64,000 bases of DNA. Origin: Lama glama. Lineage: Eukaryota. The stretch spans positions 70,000,001-70,064,000 of the forward strand of contig CM052817.1 in NCBI GenBank assembly GCA_028534125.1, written 5' to 3'. Position 1 is the first letter of the stretch, and each line of letters starts with the position of its first letter. Below the pieces are notes generated by a model. The model searched no databases and was not told the DNA's origin. It worked only from the letters and a program-made list of their open reading frames with translations. The translations under genes were made by a program, and so were the position numbers. Shown here in pieces: positions 25,701-37,185 of this stretch.

Positions 25701-28574
25701 GGAGGTTATTTAATTATTAATTGTTGTGTAAAATTAGAATAAAAATGAAATAGAGGTTGTTGTGAGGAATAAATACATTCACGTATATAATACAGAAAAG
25801 TACTTGGTATATGCAGTGTAAGTGCAATGTGTTTGTTGTTATTTATAAGGATATAAACATATAAACAGGTATGTAAACCTGGTATTTCCTAAAAGCTCTT
25901 TCGTTTTAACATTTTTATCAGACACAATGAGTGGAACAAAATGGCTGGTATTAGCTTCCTTTCCTTTTCCTACACCCACAGCCCTGTACCCCACCCCACC
26001 TCGTCACACACCGAGAGAAAGGTAGAAATGAATGTGCTTCCTAACAGGAAATTAACCTAAAGTTATTTCCTACAAATGAAAATGGGTTCTGTTGACAGTT
26101 TATGAGTTTATGTTTACTGGATAATTCAGTCTAGGGTTAGATACATGATACTCTTTTTCTGCTATTTTGGATTATTTTTGGGTAAAGCTAACCAGTCTCC
26201 CAGGAACTTTGAAATCAGCAGCTCAGCACCACCATGCTCTAACTAGATGCACTACATGATATAACCCAAAGGCAGGCAGGAGAGAAAAGGAGTAACAGTA
26301 AGAGATCTAGTAAGCTTTATACTTATTCTTGGTGATGAATGTGCCTAAATGGAATGATACAAACTCAGAATCATGCCAATTAATTCGTCTTAAAACAAGG
26401 TCTCATATCCCCTTAGTGTGTTACATGGTGATGGGGTACACAAAGTCCAGGACAAAAAAGTAACTAAAACCAGGATCTTTACATTAAAACAAATATAAAC
26501 AGTGTATAGAGTAGAATGCAAAAGTCACCCAAATTTTCAGGCCAAAATAAAGATTTCAATTTTTAGGCAATTTCTGGTCATACTTGCTAGTCCCCTTCTC
26601 TAGTTCTGGGGAGTTTATTTAAAAAAAAAAAGTTTGAGAAATAAAAATTAACAATTAGCAAGGTAAAATAAAGTAAGGTAGCAATAAGATATGGAAACAG
26701 AAGACAAAGTATAAATGTAACTGATAGCTATCATAAAATTGGCTCTTTTTAAAATTGAACTGTACTAGAATTCTTGAGAGAAAAACTACTGAACCATCAT
26801 GTATTATTCTTTAAAAACATTTTATAATGTTATTCTTTTAAATAAGTTATTTCAAAGTGCTTAGAACAGGGACTAGAATAGAGTAAGTGCTATGTAATTG
26901 TTAGACAAATAAATAGTTTAAATAAAACATGCTGTTGGGTTCTTTTCGCTAATAGCTTGTTTGGGGCATTTATAGCTATCTGAAACTGTCGTCCGCATCC
27001 TTATGGTTCCCAGATGTATCTCTCCAGCTCAGACCAGGCTCTGGGACTGTGACTCACATTTAAACTGCCTCCCTCACGTTCCCTTCAGAGATCCCAAAGG
27101 CACCTCAAACTCGCCACCACCAAGGCCCTGTTCTTCATCTCCCCTCTCAAACTCAGCCTTCTTCCTGAGACACCTATCTTAGGTTCCCCTTCTCATGATA
27201 TATCCACAGACCTGTCTTTGATGTTTCCTATTCTTTGGAGGTCTTTGACAAAAGGAAGTAGAGAAGAGGAAGGACTGGAAATGAAGAATAAAACACAGAC
27301 AAACCTGGAGACATTTGTCTGGGTGATTCCTACCTTCTCTAAGTAAAGGTGCTTGTGCTCCACTCAACACTAACCAAGTCCTCAAATAGATGCCTATTTA
27401 ACAATGCTGGGAAATGAAGATGATTGTATTTAACCCGAAGTGTTCAGAGTAGCGGAAAAAACACAGCCTCTGAACTCAACTCTTTTTTACACACTAAATT
27501 TTGTTGTTCACAATCAATCAAAGATAGGGCTGGACAAAAGGGTGAAGCACTGGAGATGGCACGTTGTAGCCCTGCACATTTTTTGCCTTCACATGATTCT
27601 TTAGGATCTTTTGTTTTGAACTTCTACAGGGCCTGCTGAGGTCCAAGTGTGTATGTATGTGGAAAGCGCAGAGGCTATTCTGTAAATAAACTCCTCCTCA
27701 AAGTCTCCTCTAAGCAGATGAGACAAGGAGGTTTGGAGAACAGGAGCTTCGTGTGTGACAACCAACTCACACCCATCGGGTTAGAAACTGGGCATTTTGA
27801 TTTTTCAGACCTCTTATGATGCGTGTTTCTCTGTAAAGGACACGGAAGCAGAACTTGGTAGTAATACAGATATGCAAAAGACGATTCATGTTGCTTTGAC
27901 TTTAGACAGAGCTGATTTTGTACTTTAATTACATTTATATCTAAGCCGGTGCTGGTAAACAACAAAAAGAAGATAAAACACAATGAGGATATAACTGAAA
28001 CCGAAAGAAATCACAAAAGACTAAAAAGATAAAAGTTGAAGAAAAAAAAGTCCTACTTTGTCCCTTTTCTAAATTTTTTTTTATCATCAACACCTAGTAT
28101 ATGCTGAAATAAATGAATACGGCAGGCGGCACTGAAGACTGAATTTTTAATATATCTGCACAACATATTGGTTTATACTGTGATCATAGATGTTCAAAAC
28201 TGGCATTTTGAAAATGACCATTTGATGCTTTTCTTCTGTTTTTTTGAATCCTGAAAAGTAAAAGAAGCTAATAACAAGTTCTTGTATGCTTATAAAAAGT
28301 TGCTATCAAATAAATTATTCTTGTCTCCTATGAATGTATGTTGATGCCCCCGTGACAGGAGCAAGGCGCCTGTGAGGTCACTCAGACTGGTGACATGTGT
28401 CCTCGCTTATCCAAACAGGCCTGGGGAGGCAGGGCTCTCACCTTGCTTGGAGTTGACATCTGATGGGATGTGTGACGGGTGTGATCCTGGAGAAAAGTGC
28501 TCGTCGCTGTAAGTGATGAGAGGGGTGAGAGGATGGACTGCATGGGATGGCTGCACCACGGGCACTTTATTTGA
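7693..28574 (-). CDS. LEF1: LEF1 partial spliced CDS (exons 4-11): join of 28442-28574, 23033-23123, 21338-21421, 19142-19264, 17974-18136, 12820-12927, 8370-8418, 7693-7727
   Basis: Eight AG/GT-bounded exons (133, 91, 84, 123, 163, 108, 49, 35 coding nt; total 786) splice into one open frame from [15 protein letters not shown] to [11 protein letters not shown], which matches the C-terminal 261 aa of LEF1. The 5' exons lie beyond position 64000. Confidence 0.98.
8370..8418 (-). CDS. LEF1: LEF1 exon 10 (49 nt), basic tail / NLS
   Basis: Acceptor cttgcag|GGTAAG, donor CAG|gtaggc. Encodes [16 protein letters not shown](G). Confidence 0.97.
10031..10165 (+). mobile_element. tRNA-Ala-derived SINE (camelid vic-1-like) with target-site duplication
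   Basis: GGGGAGTATAGCTCAGTGGTAGAG...CTTAGCATGCATGAGGTC...GTTCAATCCCCAGCACCTCCA shows A/B boxes and a tRNA-Ala(AGC)-like body. It has an A-rich tail and flanking AGCTCTAAG at 10022-10030 and 10169-10177. Confidence 0.9.
11120..11320 (+). mobile_element. MIR SINE
   Basis: GGACAAATTACTCAATCTCTGGGCCC..TTTCCCTCATCTGTAAAATG. Confidence 0.7.
11980..12530 (+). mobile_element. Ancient degraded L1 fragment (L1MC/ME-like)
   Basis: CATTTTGGAAAGTAATTTGATAGTATGTATCAAGAACCTTTAAAATATTT and later motifs typical of old L1 3' ends. Confidence 0.6.
12247..12324. repeat. Imperfect AT-rich minisatellite (AATATTTGTATAG)n
   Basis: Several copies of TGTATAGAA / AATATTTG in tandem. Confidence 0.75.
12820..12927 (-). 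CDS. LEF1: LEF1 exon 9 (108 nt), HMG box C-terminal half
   Basis: Acceptor tttcag|TGGCAT, donor TAC|gtaagt. Encodes [36 protein letters not shown]. Confidence 0.98.
13929..13969. repeat. Alternating purine-pyrimidine microsatellite (TG/CG/CA)
   Basis: TGCGTGCGTGTACACACACGCACACACACACGCACGCATGC, 41 bp of unbroken alternation. Confidence 0.9.
16121..16141. repeat. Poly(A) homopolymer (poly-U in LEF1 pre-mRNA); a similar run lies at 14522-14540
   Basis: Seen directly in the sequence. Confidence 0.9.
17062..17100. repeat. 18-bp direct repeat, period 21
   Basis: GGCCCATACAAATTCTTC at 17062-17079 and 17083-17100. Confidence 0.95.
17310..17585 (+). mobile_element. L2 3' end fragment
   Basis: AAGCTCCATGAAGGCAAGGAC...ACAGAGCCTGGCACATAAATGACACTCAGTAAATATTTGT..GAATGA. 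Confidence 0.7.
17658..17789 (+). mobile_element. tRNA-Ala-derived SINE with 12-bp TSD
   Basis: Same body and the same CCTAATTACC tail motif as the 10031 copy. TTTACAATGCAT flanks it at 17646-17657 and 17790-17801. Confidence 0.9.
17974..18136 (-). CDS. LEF1: LEF1 exon 8 (163 nt), HMG box N-terminal half
   Basis: Acceptor ttgtag|GAAGCC, donor AGG|gtaagt. Encodes [54 protein letters not shown], the TCF/LEF HMG signature. Confidence 0.98.
19142..19264 (-). CDS. LEF1: LEF1 exon 7 (123 nt)
   Basis: Acceptor ttttag|GTTTTC, donor CGT|gtaagt. Encodes (R)[40 protein letters not shown](V). Seen within ORF 19138..19338. Confidence 0.97.
21338..21421 (-). CDS. LEF1: LEF1 exon 6, 84-nt frame-preserving alternative cassette exon
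   Basis: Acceptor acctcag|GCAAGG, donor CAG|gtaggt. Encodes (W)[27 protein letters not shown](R). Length is a multiple of 3, and this is the known alternatively spliced exon of the regulatory domain. Confidence 0.96.
23033..23123 (-). CDS. LEF1: LEF1 exon 5 (91 nt)
   Basis: Acceptor ttaatag|GCATG, donor CTG|gtaaga. Encodes (G)[29 protein letters not shown](W). Not in the ORF track; read by hand. Confidence 0.97.
28442..28574 (-). CDS. LEF1: LEF1 exon 4 (133 nt)
   Basis: Acceptor ttgcag|TCAAAT, donor AAG|gtgaga. Encodes [44 protein letters not shown](G). Seen within ORF 28407..28715. Confidence 0.97.
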
Positions 28575-31500
28575 CTGCAAAGTAACCACAAGGTCAACAG
28601 TTAATACAGATGCCCAGCTGCTGTCTCCTCTCCCCAAGACAAAGTCACACAACAGCAGGAACTTGGCATCAGCATGACCCAAGAAGCTTCTCCAGACCTG
28701 GACAACTGCAATCACATTCTGTGTTCATTTAGATCTTCAGGATTTTCCCATTTAAATGCTCGTCAAGTACAATATCCCACTCAGAGACTAGCAGTTGTTT
28801 ACCCAAGGCCCCTTCAGAGATTTAGGTGGCTCACTATTATTCCACATGGCATCAGTTTCTGTACATACATATTAACACTCCCTTTTGGATTCTCTCTTCA
28901 GGTTAAAGCCAACAAAGAGTTACTCAAGCAAAAGTTATGAATGTGTTACAAGCTCTTTATTCATTACATATGTCTGGCATCTTCAAAAGGCAGTCAAAAA
29001 CTGCTGAATGAACAAATAAATGAATAAATATTGTCAACCTACAGGGTAAGTTTCTAAACAACTCAGTAAATATGAATTTGCTGCATTGATATCCCCTTAG
29101 TTTACAGATTCGTAATTCTAGAGCTGTACATCTTTAAGAACCACATTATACCATTTTTTCATGTTCCATACTTTTGTCAAACATGGCCAATGACGTTCTT
29201 ATGCTTCAGCCCCATTCATTTCGTCGTTAGGTTCTGTAGTTTCTAGAAGCCTTAATTGATAAAAGAGAATTTCCAATCTTGAGTTCAACTGTATAATGTG
29301 AAATATAGCTTGTAAGAACACATTAAATTAGCATTTATATTTTAACATATATTATGTCTTGTACTTGTTTAAAAGTAAATTTTATTATTTAATTTAGAAT
29401 TCTAAAACTACATGACAAAAACACTTTTTAAAGGTTCAGATTATTTATTTGGATTTCATCAATTTGAAATCTGGGATTCTTTTGTTTGGATAAGTTGAAT
29501 TCTTCCCCCCTCTAAGAAAGTGCTTACTAAGCAAATCAGTCATATAAACAAGACTCAGGCAGTTTAACCTAATTAGGGGACTGTTTTTTAAAGAAACTCT
29601 ACACCCCTCTCCCAAAGAAAGTAAATTCAACATAATTTCATACGTGAAAAATATGCTTCTGATTTTAAACCCATCTTACTAGTTAAGGCAGTCTCAGGAA
29701 GATCTCTATTTAGAAACACTATGGTAATAACTTGTGAATTTAAGAGGAACAGACTATAATGAATTCGAAATAGTCTCTAATTCACTAGTTAGACATGCCT
29801 TCACCATAACCAGTTCGTATTAGCGAGACTGTTACTTTACTACAGATTAAAATGATGTGAAATCACTTTCTCTAGAAACAAATACCTGTATTGAGGAAGT
29901 GCCTGAAACTGCACAGCGTAAACTGCTTAAAACGTAGGCAAGTATCTGAACGGCTGAGAGCTCGTGACACATCTGTGTGTGGTGGCTACACCTATGACAT
30001 ACACTGATTTTGTATTTCGTGTTTTTTTTACAAATTAAGTATAAAAAGTACGTGGCTCCAACAGGAAGAACCATCCTCAGGAAAATCAGGAATAATTATC
30101 CTAAGAACACTTAATTCTTTCCAGTTAGTAATAGTAATTCTCTCCACTTCATCATTACAACCTCCACCCAAAAGAAACTTATAGGGAAAAAAAGCAAAGG
30201 GAAAAAAAATCACACAATTTTAGATAATGATATAATATCCATACTAGACTTTCCCCGTTTTATAATCATCAGCTCCTCTCTTACGGCAAACAGGCAGCTC
30301 GTACCGCCCTTGGCGTTTATTAAATAAAGCACCATCATCAAAGCCACACACGTTTTCTCTATATACCTCAGCACAGACATCTATGCATATAAATGTGTAA
30401 AAGGTTAAAAAAAATGTTTCAGTGCTTTTTCAAGTGTTAATGATACAGTTTGCCAAACACACAGAATGAGCTTTTCTTAAATGCAAGGAATTCAGAATGC
30501 CAGAGCAAGTGGGGGGTGGGGGGTGCTAGGAAAGGAGAATATTAATATTATAAACCCTTTAAAAAATGGAAGCAAAAATCTCAACACCCAAATGCTAAAA
30601 TGAATGTATTTCAACTATACTTGAGAATAACTGCGTTGAGTTTCATTTCAAAAGTCTCATGAGAAGTATAATTGCCAAACAATCTACAGAGATATTTTCT
30701 TAAGGTAGTTAAAAAGAGTAAGCATTGCAGAAACCTTCTGGAAATATATATGTATATTTTGCATGCCTTTCTTATTTTCAGAGCACCACCTTAAGGAACT
30801 TGCATTAGCAGGCAGCATCTTCTTAATGTCTGACCTATCCCTCCAGTCATATAGCTCAGAATCTGGTGCCATGAATTTTTGCTAAATTATGCTATCCTTG
30901 CTCTCCTCTTAATTTTACGGTTTTCAACACAGATTTGCTTTCCTGTGGGGAGGAGATAAGAAGCTGAGGATTTTAATTTAAGCTCTGGCCTTGTCTTATA
31001 TTTTGCAAGATGGATAGCGAAAGCAGTACTAGTAGGTGTGTTAAAGCCAACAAGGATTATGTCCATTTTTGTGGCCAAATAATAAGAGCAATAGGAAAGC
31101 TCAATAATATGAGTGAGCACAATTCTAAGGTTTATATTTTGCCTCCTGCCGACCACCTCCACTATGTACGTAAACGGATCCAACGGACACCACAGATGCT
31201 TGGCACGTCATCCTCACGGTCATGTGTCCTTAGCACTAAATCGTGGGCTCCGTCTGGTATCAGGAGTTTCTGTCCTCCAATACTACATGCACACACAAGG
31301 CGAGAACCCAGGCACTGCTGCTTTGTGTAAGTTTTAAGACAGATAATATAACCATTCTTAACTCCAGTCTTCTAATCTCCAATAACAGTGTGCTGTATAT
31401 GGGAGAGAGGAGTAGGTGAGGGGAGGAATAACCAACTGACTACCTAGTTTCTATAGACAAACTTACGTAAGCACATTAGAATGCCTGGTTACACGTGTAG

Positions 31501-32639
31501 ATGTGGGCATATGTACATATTCACTAAACACCTAACACGTGCCAAGCAACATTCTAGCACAGATGGCCAACAGAGATAAGGTCCCTGTCCTCATGTAGGT
31601 TCCTTTCTAGGGGCCTGGAAATGGGAATGAGGGTCCTGGAGACAAAAAATATATGTAAACAACAAAACAAACAAAGCAAGCAAAATCTGAAAAGATGGCA
31701 TCAAGCACTATGAAGAAGAGGAAGCAGGTGATAGGAGGGACAGTGTACATTAATTATATGCCTTCCTATCAAATTAAAGCTGTAAGAAACCAAAAGTTCA
31801 TTTAGTCCAACATCCTTATTTTCTAAGACTGGAAGCTGATGAAGAGAGGTCAGCAGGGAATGTGTAACCAAGCCACGACTACCGTCAGCACTTACAGTAA
31901 GACAGCCCTGCTCACTACACAACTCCAGTAACACAGGGTCACTGTGAATAAAAGGGGGATGGAAGCCCCTGGGGCACTCAATACCGTGTAACCAAGTAGT
32001 AGAGAAGCCCCATCTTTTTGGCTTCTACTCTGTGCTGGGTGATGTGCACATAGTACTGCACCTGATGGAACCCAAGTCTCCTGACTCCCACTCTGGTGCT
32101 TTTCCCAACACATCTCCTCATAAGGACAGGAGGAAGGGTAAAAACCACTTCTTTTTCATTCTCATGTACCAGACAGGTTAGGTCTCAGCTTCCAGGGGAG
32201 AACCACCAGGTGTTCCCAACATGTGTCCTTTGTGCATGCTGTCTTCCTGGGATAAACAGACAACCTCTCCACCTTTACAAGATGCCTGGCAGCCTTAAGT
32301 CATCCCAGGTCTTCCACTCCTGCTCAGAGAGGTTCAGTCAGTTGTCTAAGCTCACGCGGCAGCAAGCGGCTAAGCCAGGCCACAGACTCTGATCTTCTGA
32401 TTCCAGCTCCACATCTCAGGCAGGTGATGAGTCAGGTGAGCAATGGAAAATTAAGAAAGGTGGAAAGAACAGGTACTGGAGAAGGGGCAGAGAATTTCAA
32501 GGGTGGATACTAGAAGACAGCTCTCCTGCCCATACTCAGCACCCACTCACAGCTACCCAGCAGGAAGCCAGCAATCCTTTCCCAAACCGGAAAAACCACC
32601 ATCTGTCCATCCTACCCACGTAGCAAATAATAATTACAG

Positions 32640-32850
32640 CAACTGATGCTTAACCAAGTACTTCTATGTACTAAGAACTTTTAAGTAACTTTGAGGCAGG
32701 CACTATCATTATTCTCCTTTTCCAGATGAGGAAACTGAGGCACAGAGAAGGAGGTAACTTTCCCAAGGGCATAGAGCTATTAAGTGGCGAAGCCAGGTTC
32801 AGATGTAGAAAGTCTGGCTCTAAAGACCACGTTCATAACCAGTATACCAT
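32640..32850 (-). mobile_element. MIR SINE
   Basis: MIR core in reverse orientation: CAGATGAGGAAACTGAGGCACAGAGA..TAACTTTCCCAAGG. Confidence 0.85.
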
Positions 32851-34479
32851 GAGGCCTCCGTGAAGAGCCCAGTTCATAAAATCTTGGACACTGGGTTGAC
32901 CATCTGGGCCATACCTGACAGTATGTGACATCCATAAAGTGACTGTGTGGTCTCCGTACCCGGCACAGGAATCGCATCAGACAAAGAGGCATCTCAGGAG
33001 AAGCGGTTATTGCTGCAGACTCAACGGCAGCCTTTCTCTCCAGGACTGGAAAACATGCTGAGGAAGCTAGCTTGGCTGCCACCCAGGCTGGTCCCTGCAG
33101 GTAAGGACTTCTTTGGCATCATAGCCAATAAAACCCACACCTCCTGTGGACACGAAGTGGGTGCCACTTAGGGATCTTGAGAGCCACCCCAAAGCAGCCT
33201 TCCCAGAAATGACCCGCTCACCGCTGGCACTAACTCGAGCTGTCGTGAATGTTGTCAGTTTCTGAGGATGTGGTTCTGGGAAGGACTAAAAAGTGGTTCA
33301 CTCCGTCCTGGCTAAGGCCATGGCCTGCTGGTAAGTGGAGTAACTGGGGGAGAAACCTGCTGGCCCGGTGGCTAGTCCCCATTCTGCACATCTCCAGATT
33401 TCCACTCAACCCGCCGCAGCACAGGGTCTGGCTGTGCCCAACGGTCTGGAGTTCCGTTTTAATGGGCTGTGCGTTTATCAGTAGTCCTCCTGGTAATAAC
33501 CGAGTCCAGGGGAGTTTAAACACCCCACCAGCTGACTCAGATGAGGAACTTCATCGGGCCTCAATAGTTTCGGTGGCATTTTACTTCTTATTACACTCTT
33601 AAGAAGCCTTGGTGTTCATGAAACAGAAGCCGTGTAATTTCATATCAGGCCTTCCCTTCTTCTCCTGAGAATCTGAGCTTCTCAAGCCTTCCCAGAAAGA
33701 GGAGTAGATCTATTTTACTTCAAAAGTATAGATAGCAACGATTCTTGCATTAACTAGAACTCAAAAGTGATGCTTAGTACTAGAAATCTTTCCAAAGATC
33801 TACCAGAGCTAAACACCTAACACAGGACTGGTGTGGCTTTCAAACGTAAGACCACTGCTGGTCGTGATGTGGCAGCTCTTGTCAGATAATGACGAGGTCC
33901 CAGGCCCACAGGCTTCCAGAGCAGGAGACAGCAAAACTCTAAGGCTTGTGAAGGACAGATATTCCATGAGCCCAACTCTGGAGGCAAAGGGATGGTCTCC
34001 ACTGGACGCCTGGGAAGCTCTCCCTAAGAGCGGAAGGAACATGCCGTAGGGGAAAGAATGCACACGGATTGGACACTCAGGAAGTGCTGTGCTTGTGGCC
34101 ATGCCTTTGTATCTCTGGCATCATCCACGTGGTGGGTGGTATCACCTCCACATTTATGGATGAGAAGGCTGAGTCCCCTTGGACACAGGGCGAAGTAATT
34201 ACCACGGAGAGAGTGCTTGTGAGGCACTGTTGGAGCCCCACGTCCCTGCTCGTCCTGCCCCACGCTGCTCACTACTCAGCTCCTCTTTCCACCTCGGCTC
34301 CAAACCACCATGCCAGCTGAGCGTGGCCTGCCCTAGGCTCCACCGTGATGAAGGGTCTGGATGGGAACAATGGGCCACCAGGAGAAGGCTGGCGTCACCA
34401 GCAGGACTACAGACTGGCCACGGGAACTGCTGCTTAGATGAAAAGGTGTGGAGTGCCCTGTGTTCCCAGTTCTCTGTCA

Positions 34480-34950
34480 GGCGATGATTTCTATACACTA
34501 CCTCATTGAATCTTGAAATCATCCCTAAATTAGGAGTTATGATTTATGTTTGACAAAAGAAAACCAATGTCCTGAGAGGGTGAGTAGTTTATCTAAGATC
34601 ACACAGGATATTAAGTAGCAGAGACAGGATTTGAACCCAAGTCGGTGACTCTGAATTCCACAACTTATTTCCTGAGGAACCCAAAATGGACAGTGCTGGC
34701 ATCCTCTGGTTGCCAAGTGGATGAGATGAGTAATAATACAGTTTAATATTCAAGTACATGGGAACTGGAGACAGAGAGTTCAAATCCCAAACATTCAAAT
34801 GCCACTGAGTTGCTATGCCTAGGTAATTCACTTTATTTTTCAGGATCTGTTTCCCCATGGGTAGAATGGGTGGAGTAATACCCTACAAGATTACTGATGA
34901 TTAATGAACAAAGCAAATAAAATATCTAAAGTCCTGGCATATATGTTCAA
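34480..34950. mobile_element. Two MIR fragments in opposite orientation (~34480-34670 minus, ~34770-34950 plus)
   Basis: AAGATCACACAG..CAGGATTTGAACCCAAGTC, then GTTCAAATCCCA..GCCACT..TCTGTTTCCCCAT.GGTAGAATGGG. Confidence 0.6.
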
Positions 34951-35369
34951 TACGTATCTGTGGAATGGATAAAGAGGGAAGGGAAAAGCGGGCCCATAAA
35001 TTAATTACTCTGCTCCCAGAAGTTCAAATCACTCATCTTTAAGACACAGTAAGTTTTAGAATTTAGAACTGTGCCTTCTTTCAGATGACTTACCCACCAA
35101 ACTCTCCCATCCACAACTGGTTTAATAGAGGACAGCTGGATTCTCACATCTGCTTTTACATTCAAATCTCCACTCTGCTGTTATTTTGGTTGAAATATAG
35201 GAACAAAATCTGACCTCACATAGAAACTTTGCTGAAAAGAGAAGGATTATTTCAACAGCTTTTTTCAGATAATGGTGGATCTTCTTCTTTGAAACTAAAT
35301 CAAAACTCAACAAGTGGTAGTTTCCTAAAGGCTAGCTGCAATGTAGAGTCAAAAACATTGCCAATATAC

Positions 35370-36051
35370 TTTTCCTACTCTCACATTAAAATCCATTGAG
35401 CTAATCTGCACTTTGAATTTACCCATGTGTCATTTCTGCATTGGTCATTTGGGAAATAGTGTTCACTAAGTTGACATATTTTGTTATACAATATAAAATT
35501 CACATTCATTAATATCACTCATCTGATCAGAAAAACTGTAAGGATTTGGGGAGTCATCAAGCCTACAGTGGTGGACACAAGTCTTCTAAAATTCTAATTT
35601 TTGCTTGAAAGCTCCAGTTTTATCACTTGGTAACAAATGCTGTTAGCTGCTTCTACTGAAGAGAGAAATTCACTTTGCTCATTTGTGAGAAAGCATCTGT
35701 CAGATACCAAAGTCCAAACAACCACAGTTTGTCAGTCTTTCTTCAAAGGGTCAAGATTTAATAAAATTAAAAATTTTTATTGCTTCATCAAGGATATTCT
35801 TAAGTGACACTGGCATTTTTTTTTTCTGGGGAGAGTGCTGTGGTGTAGAACTCAATGACTGTTAGTACTATTTGGTGCCAAGGAGTCAACAGTTTTACCC
35901 AGTGTTGCTCCTGCACCATTGATGCAAATGCCAACACAATGGAAAAGGCAAATAATGTGTTGCTGTTTTCATGAGAGTACTTTTGACCTCGTGGACCCCC
36001 TACCCTCAGGGAGCCCTGGGGGGCCACAGGTAACACTTTGAGAACTGCTGC
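35370..36051. mobile_element. hAT-Charlie DNA transposon relic (Charlie1-like)
   Basis: Recalled Charlie1 motifs AAAATTCTAATTTTTGCTTGAAAGCTC, TTGCTTCATCAAGGATATTCTTAAGTGA and TGCAAATGCCAACACA, and the terminus CACTTTGAGAACTGCTG. Confidence 0.7.
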
Positions 36052-36754
36052 CTATACTGAAGTAATGGTACAGAAACAGTTGTTGACTGTAGATGATCCA
36101 AGCTAATAAACTGAAAAGTATTATTTCAGTTAAGCTGAATTCAGAGGAAAACTGACTTATGAGTTACAAAGGTGGAATGTTTTCATGATGTACTAAGCTA
36201 TCATTTTTTTCCTTCCTCCTTGCTAGTGCTATAAATCTACAAATCAAGAGAAATTTCAAAAGCAAACTATCAAAAGTAATATATACCTCATCCTTTTAAA
36301 TGACATTTAAATTTTTTAATACTCCTTCAACTTCTTTAACTTGATATAGAGCCCCAGACTTGTGTTTTTTCATTCAATTTTGAATTATTTTCTTCAAAGG
36401 AATTCTTGATACACAATAGCTGGGAATACAGATTTGCACCCTTTGGTGCTAAGAAGGCTTCTCAACTCCCCCAGGTACACGCAGCACCACTGGCTCTGTG
36501 CTTGCACCCGCAGGACATGACGCCATGCATTTACCACACTGTATTGTTGCTACTTGTTTGTGCATCTGTTTTCTCTCACATGACAGAGGTCAGACCTTGG
36601 TAACTTATTGCCAGCATCTGGCACAGGTCCTGGTAAAGTGGAGACATTCAATACCTACTTCTCATGACTAATGGTCTAAATGAGGCTTTCAACACTAAGA
36701 AGTCAGCTCCTTTCAAGAAAGAATTCATACCCTTAAATTAAAAACAGGGATTGA

Positions 36755-37185
36755 TCCTCGTATTTTCTATTGCTGCCTAAAGAATTACCACAAATTTATT
36801 AGCAGCTTAACACATCACAATGTACTGTCTCACAGCTTCCGTGGGGCAGGACCCCAGCATGGTGTGACCGGGCTCCTGGCTCAGGGTACCACAGGTGTTG
36901 GCGGGGCTGAGTTCCTGTCTGGAGGCTCTGTGAGCTCGCTCTTGCTGTTAGTGGAACTCAGTTGCTTGTGCTGTCCCCATTTCCCTGCTGGTTGTCAGGT
37001 GGGGCCACTCACAGTCCCTGACAAGCAGCTCCTCCAACTTACAGCCAGTAATGGTGCATCAAATAAATGTTTCTTGCTTTGAATCTCTGACCTCCTCGTC
37101 CATGACCACTGGAGAAACCTCTCTGCTTTCCAAGGGCCCCTGAGACTGTGTCAGGCCTACCCCATAATCACTCTTTCCTAAAGCC
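36755..37185. mobile_element. MaLR solo LTR (MLT1-like)
   Basis: TTTCTATTGCTGCC..AATTACCACAAA..GCTTAA..TCTCACAGCTTC..GGCTCAGGGT..TCTGGAGGCTCT pattern. Confidence 0.7.

Noticed and set aside
28575..28715. Upstream extension of exon 4 as an alternative N-terminus
   Set aside because: It is open intronic sequence with no LEF1 similarity, and a canonical acceptor sits at 28575-28576.
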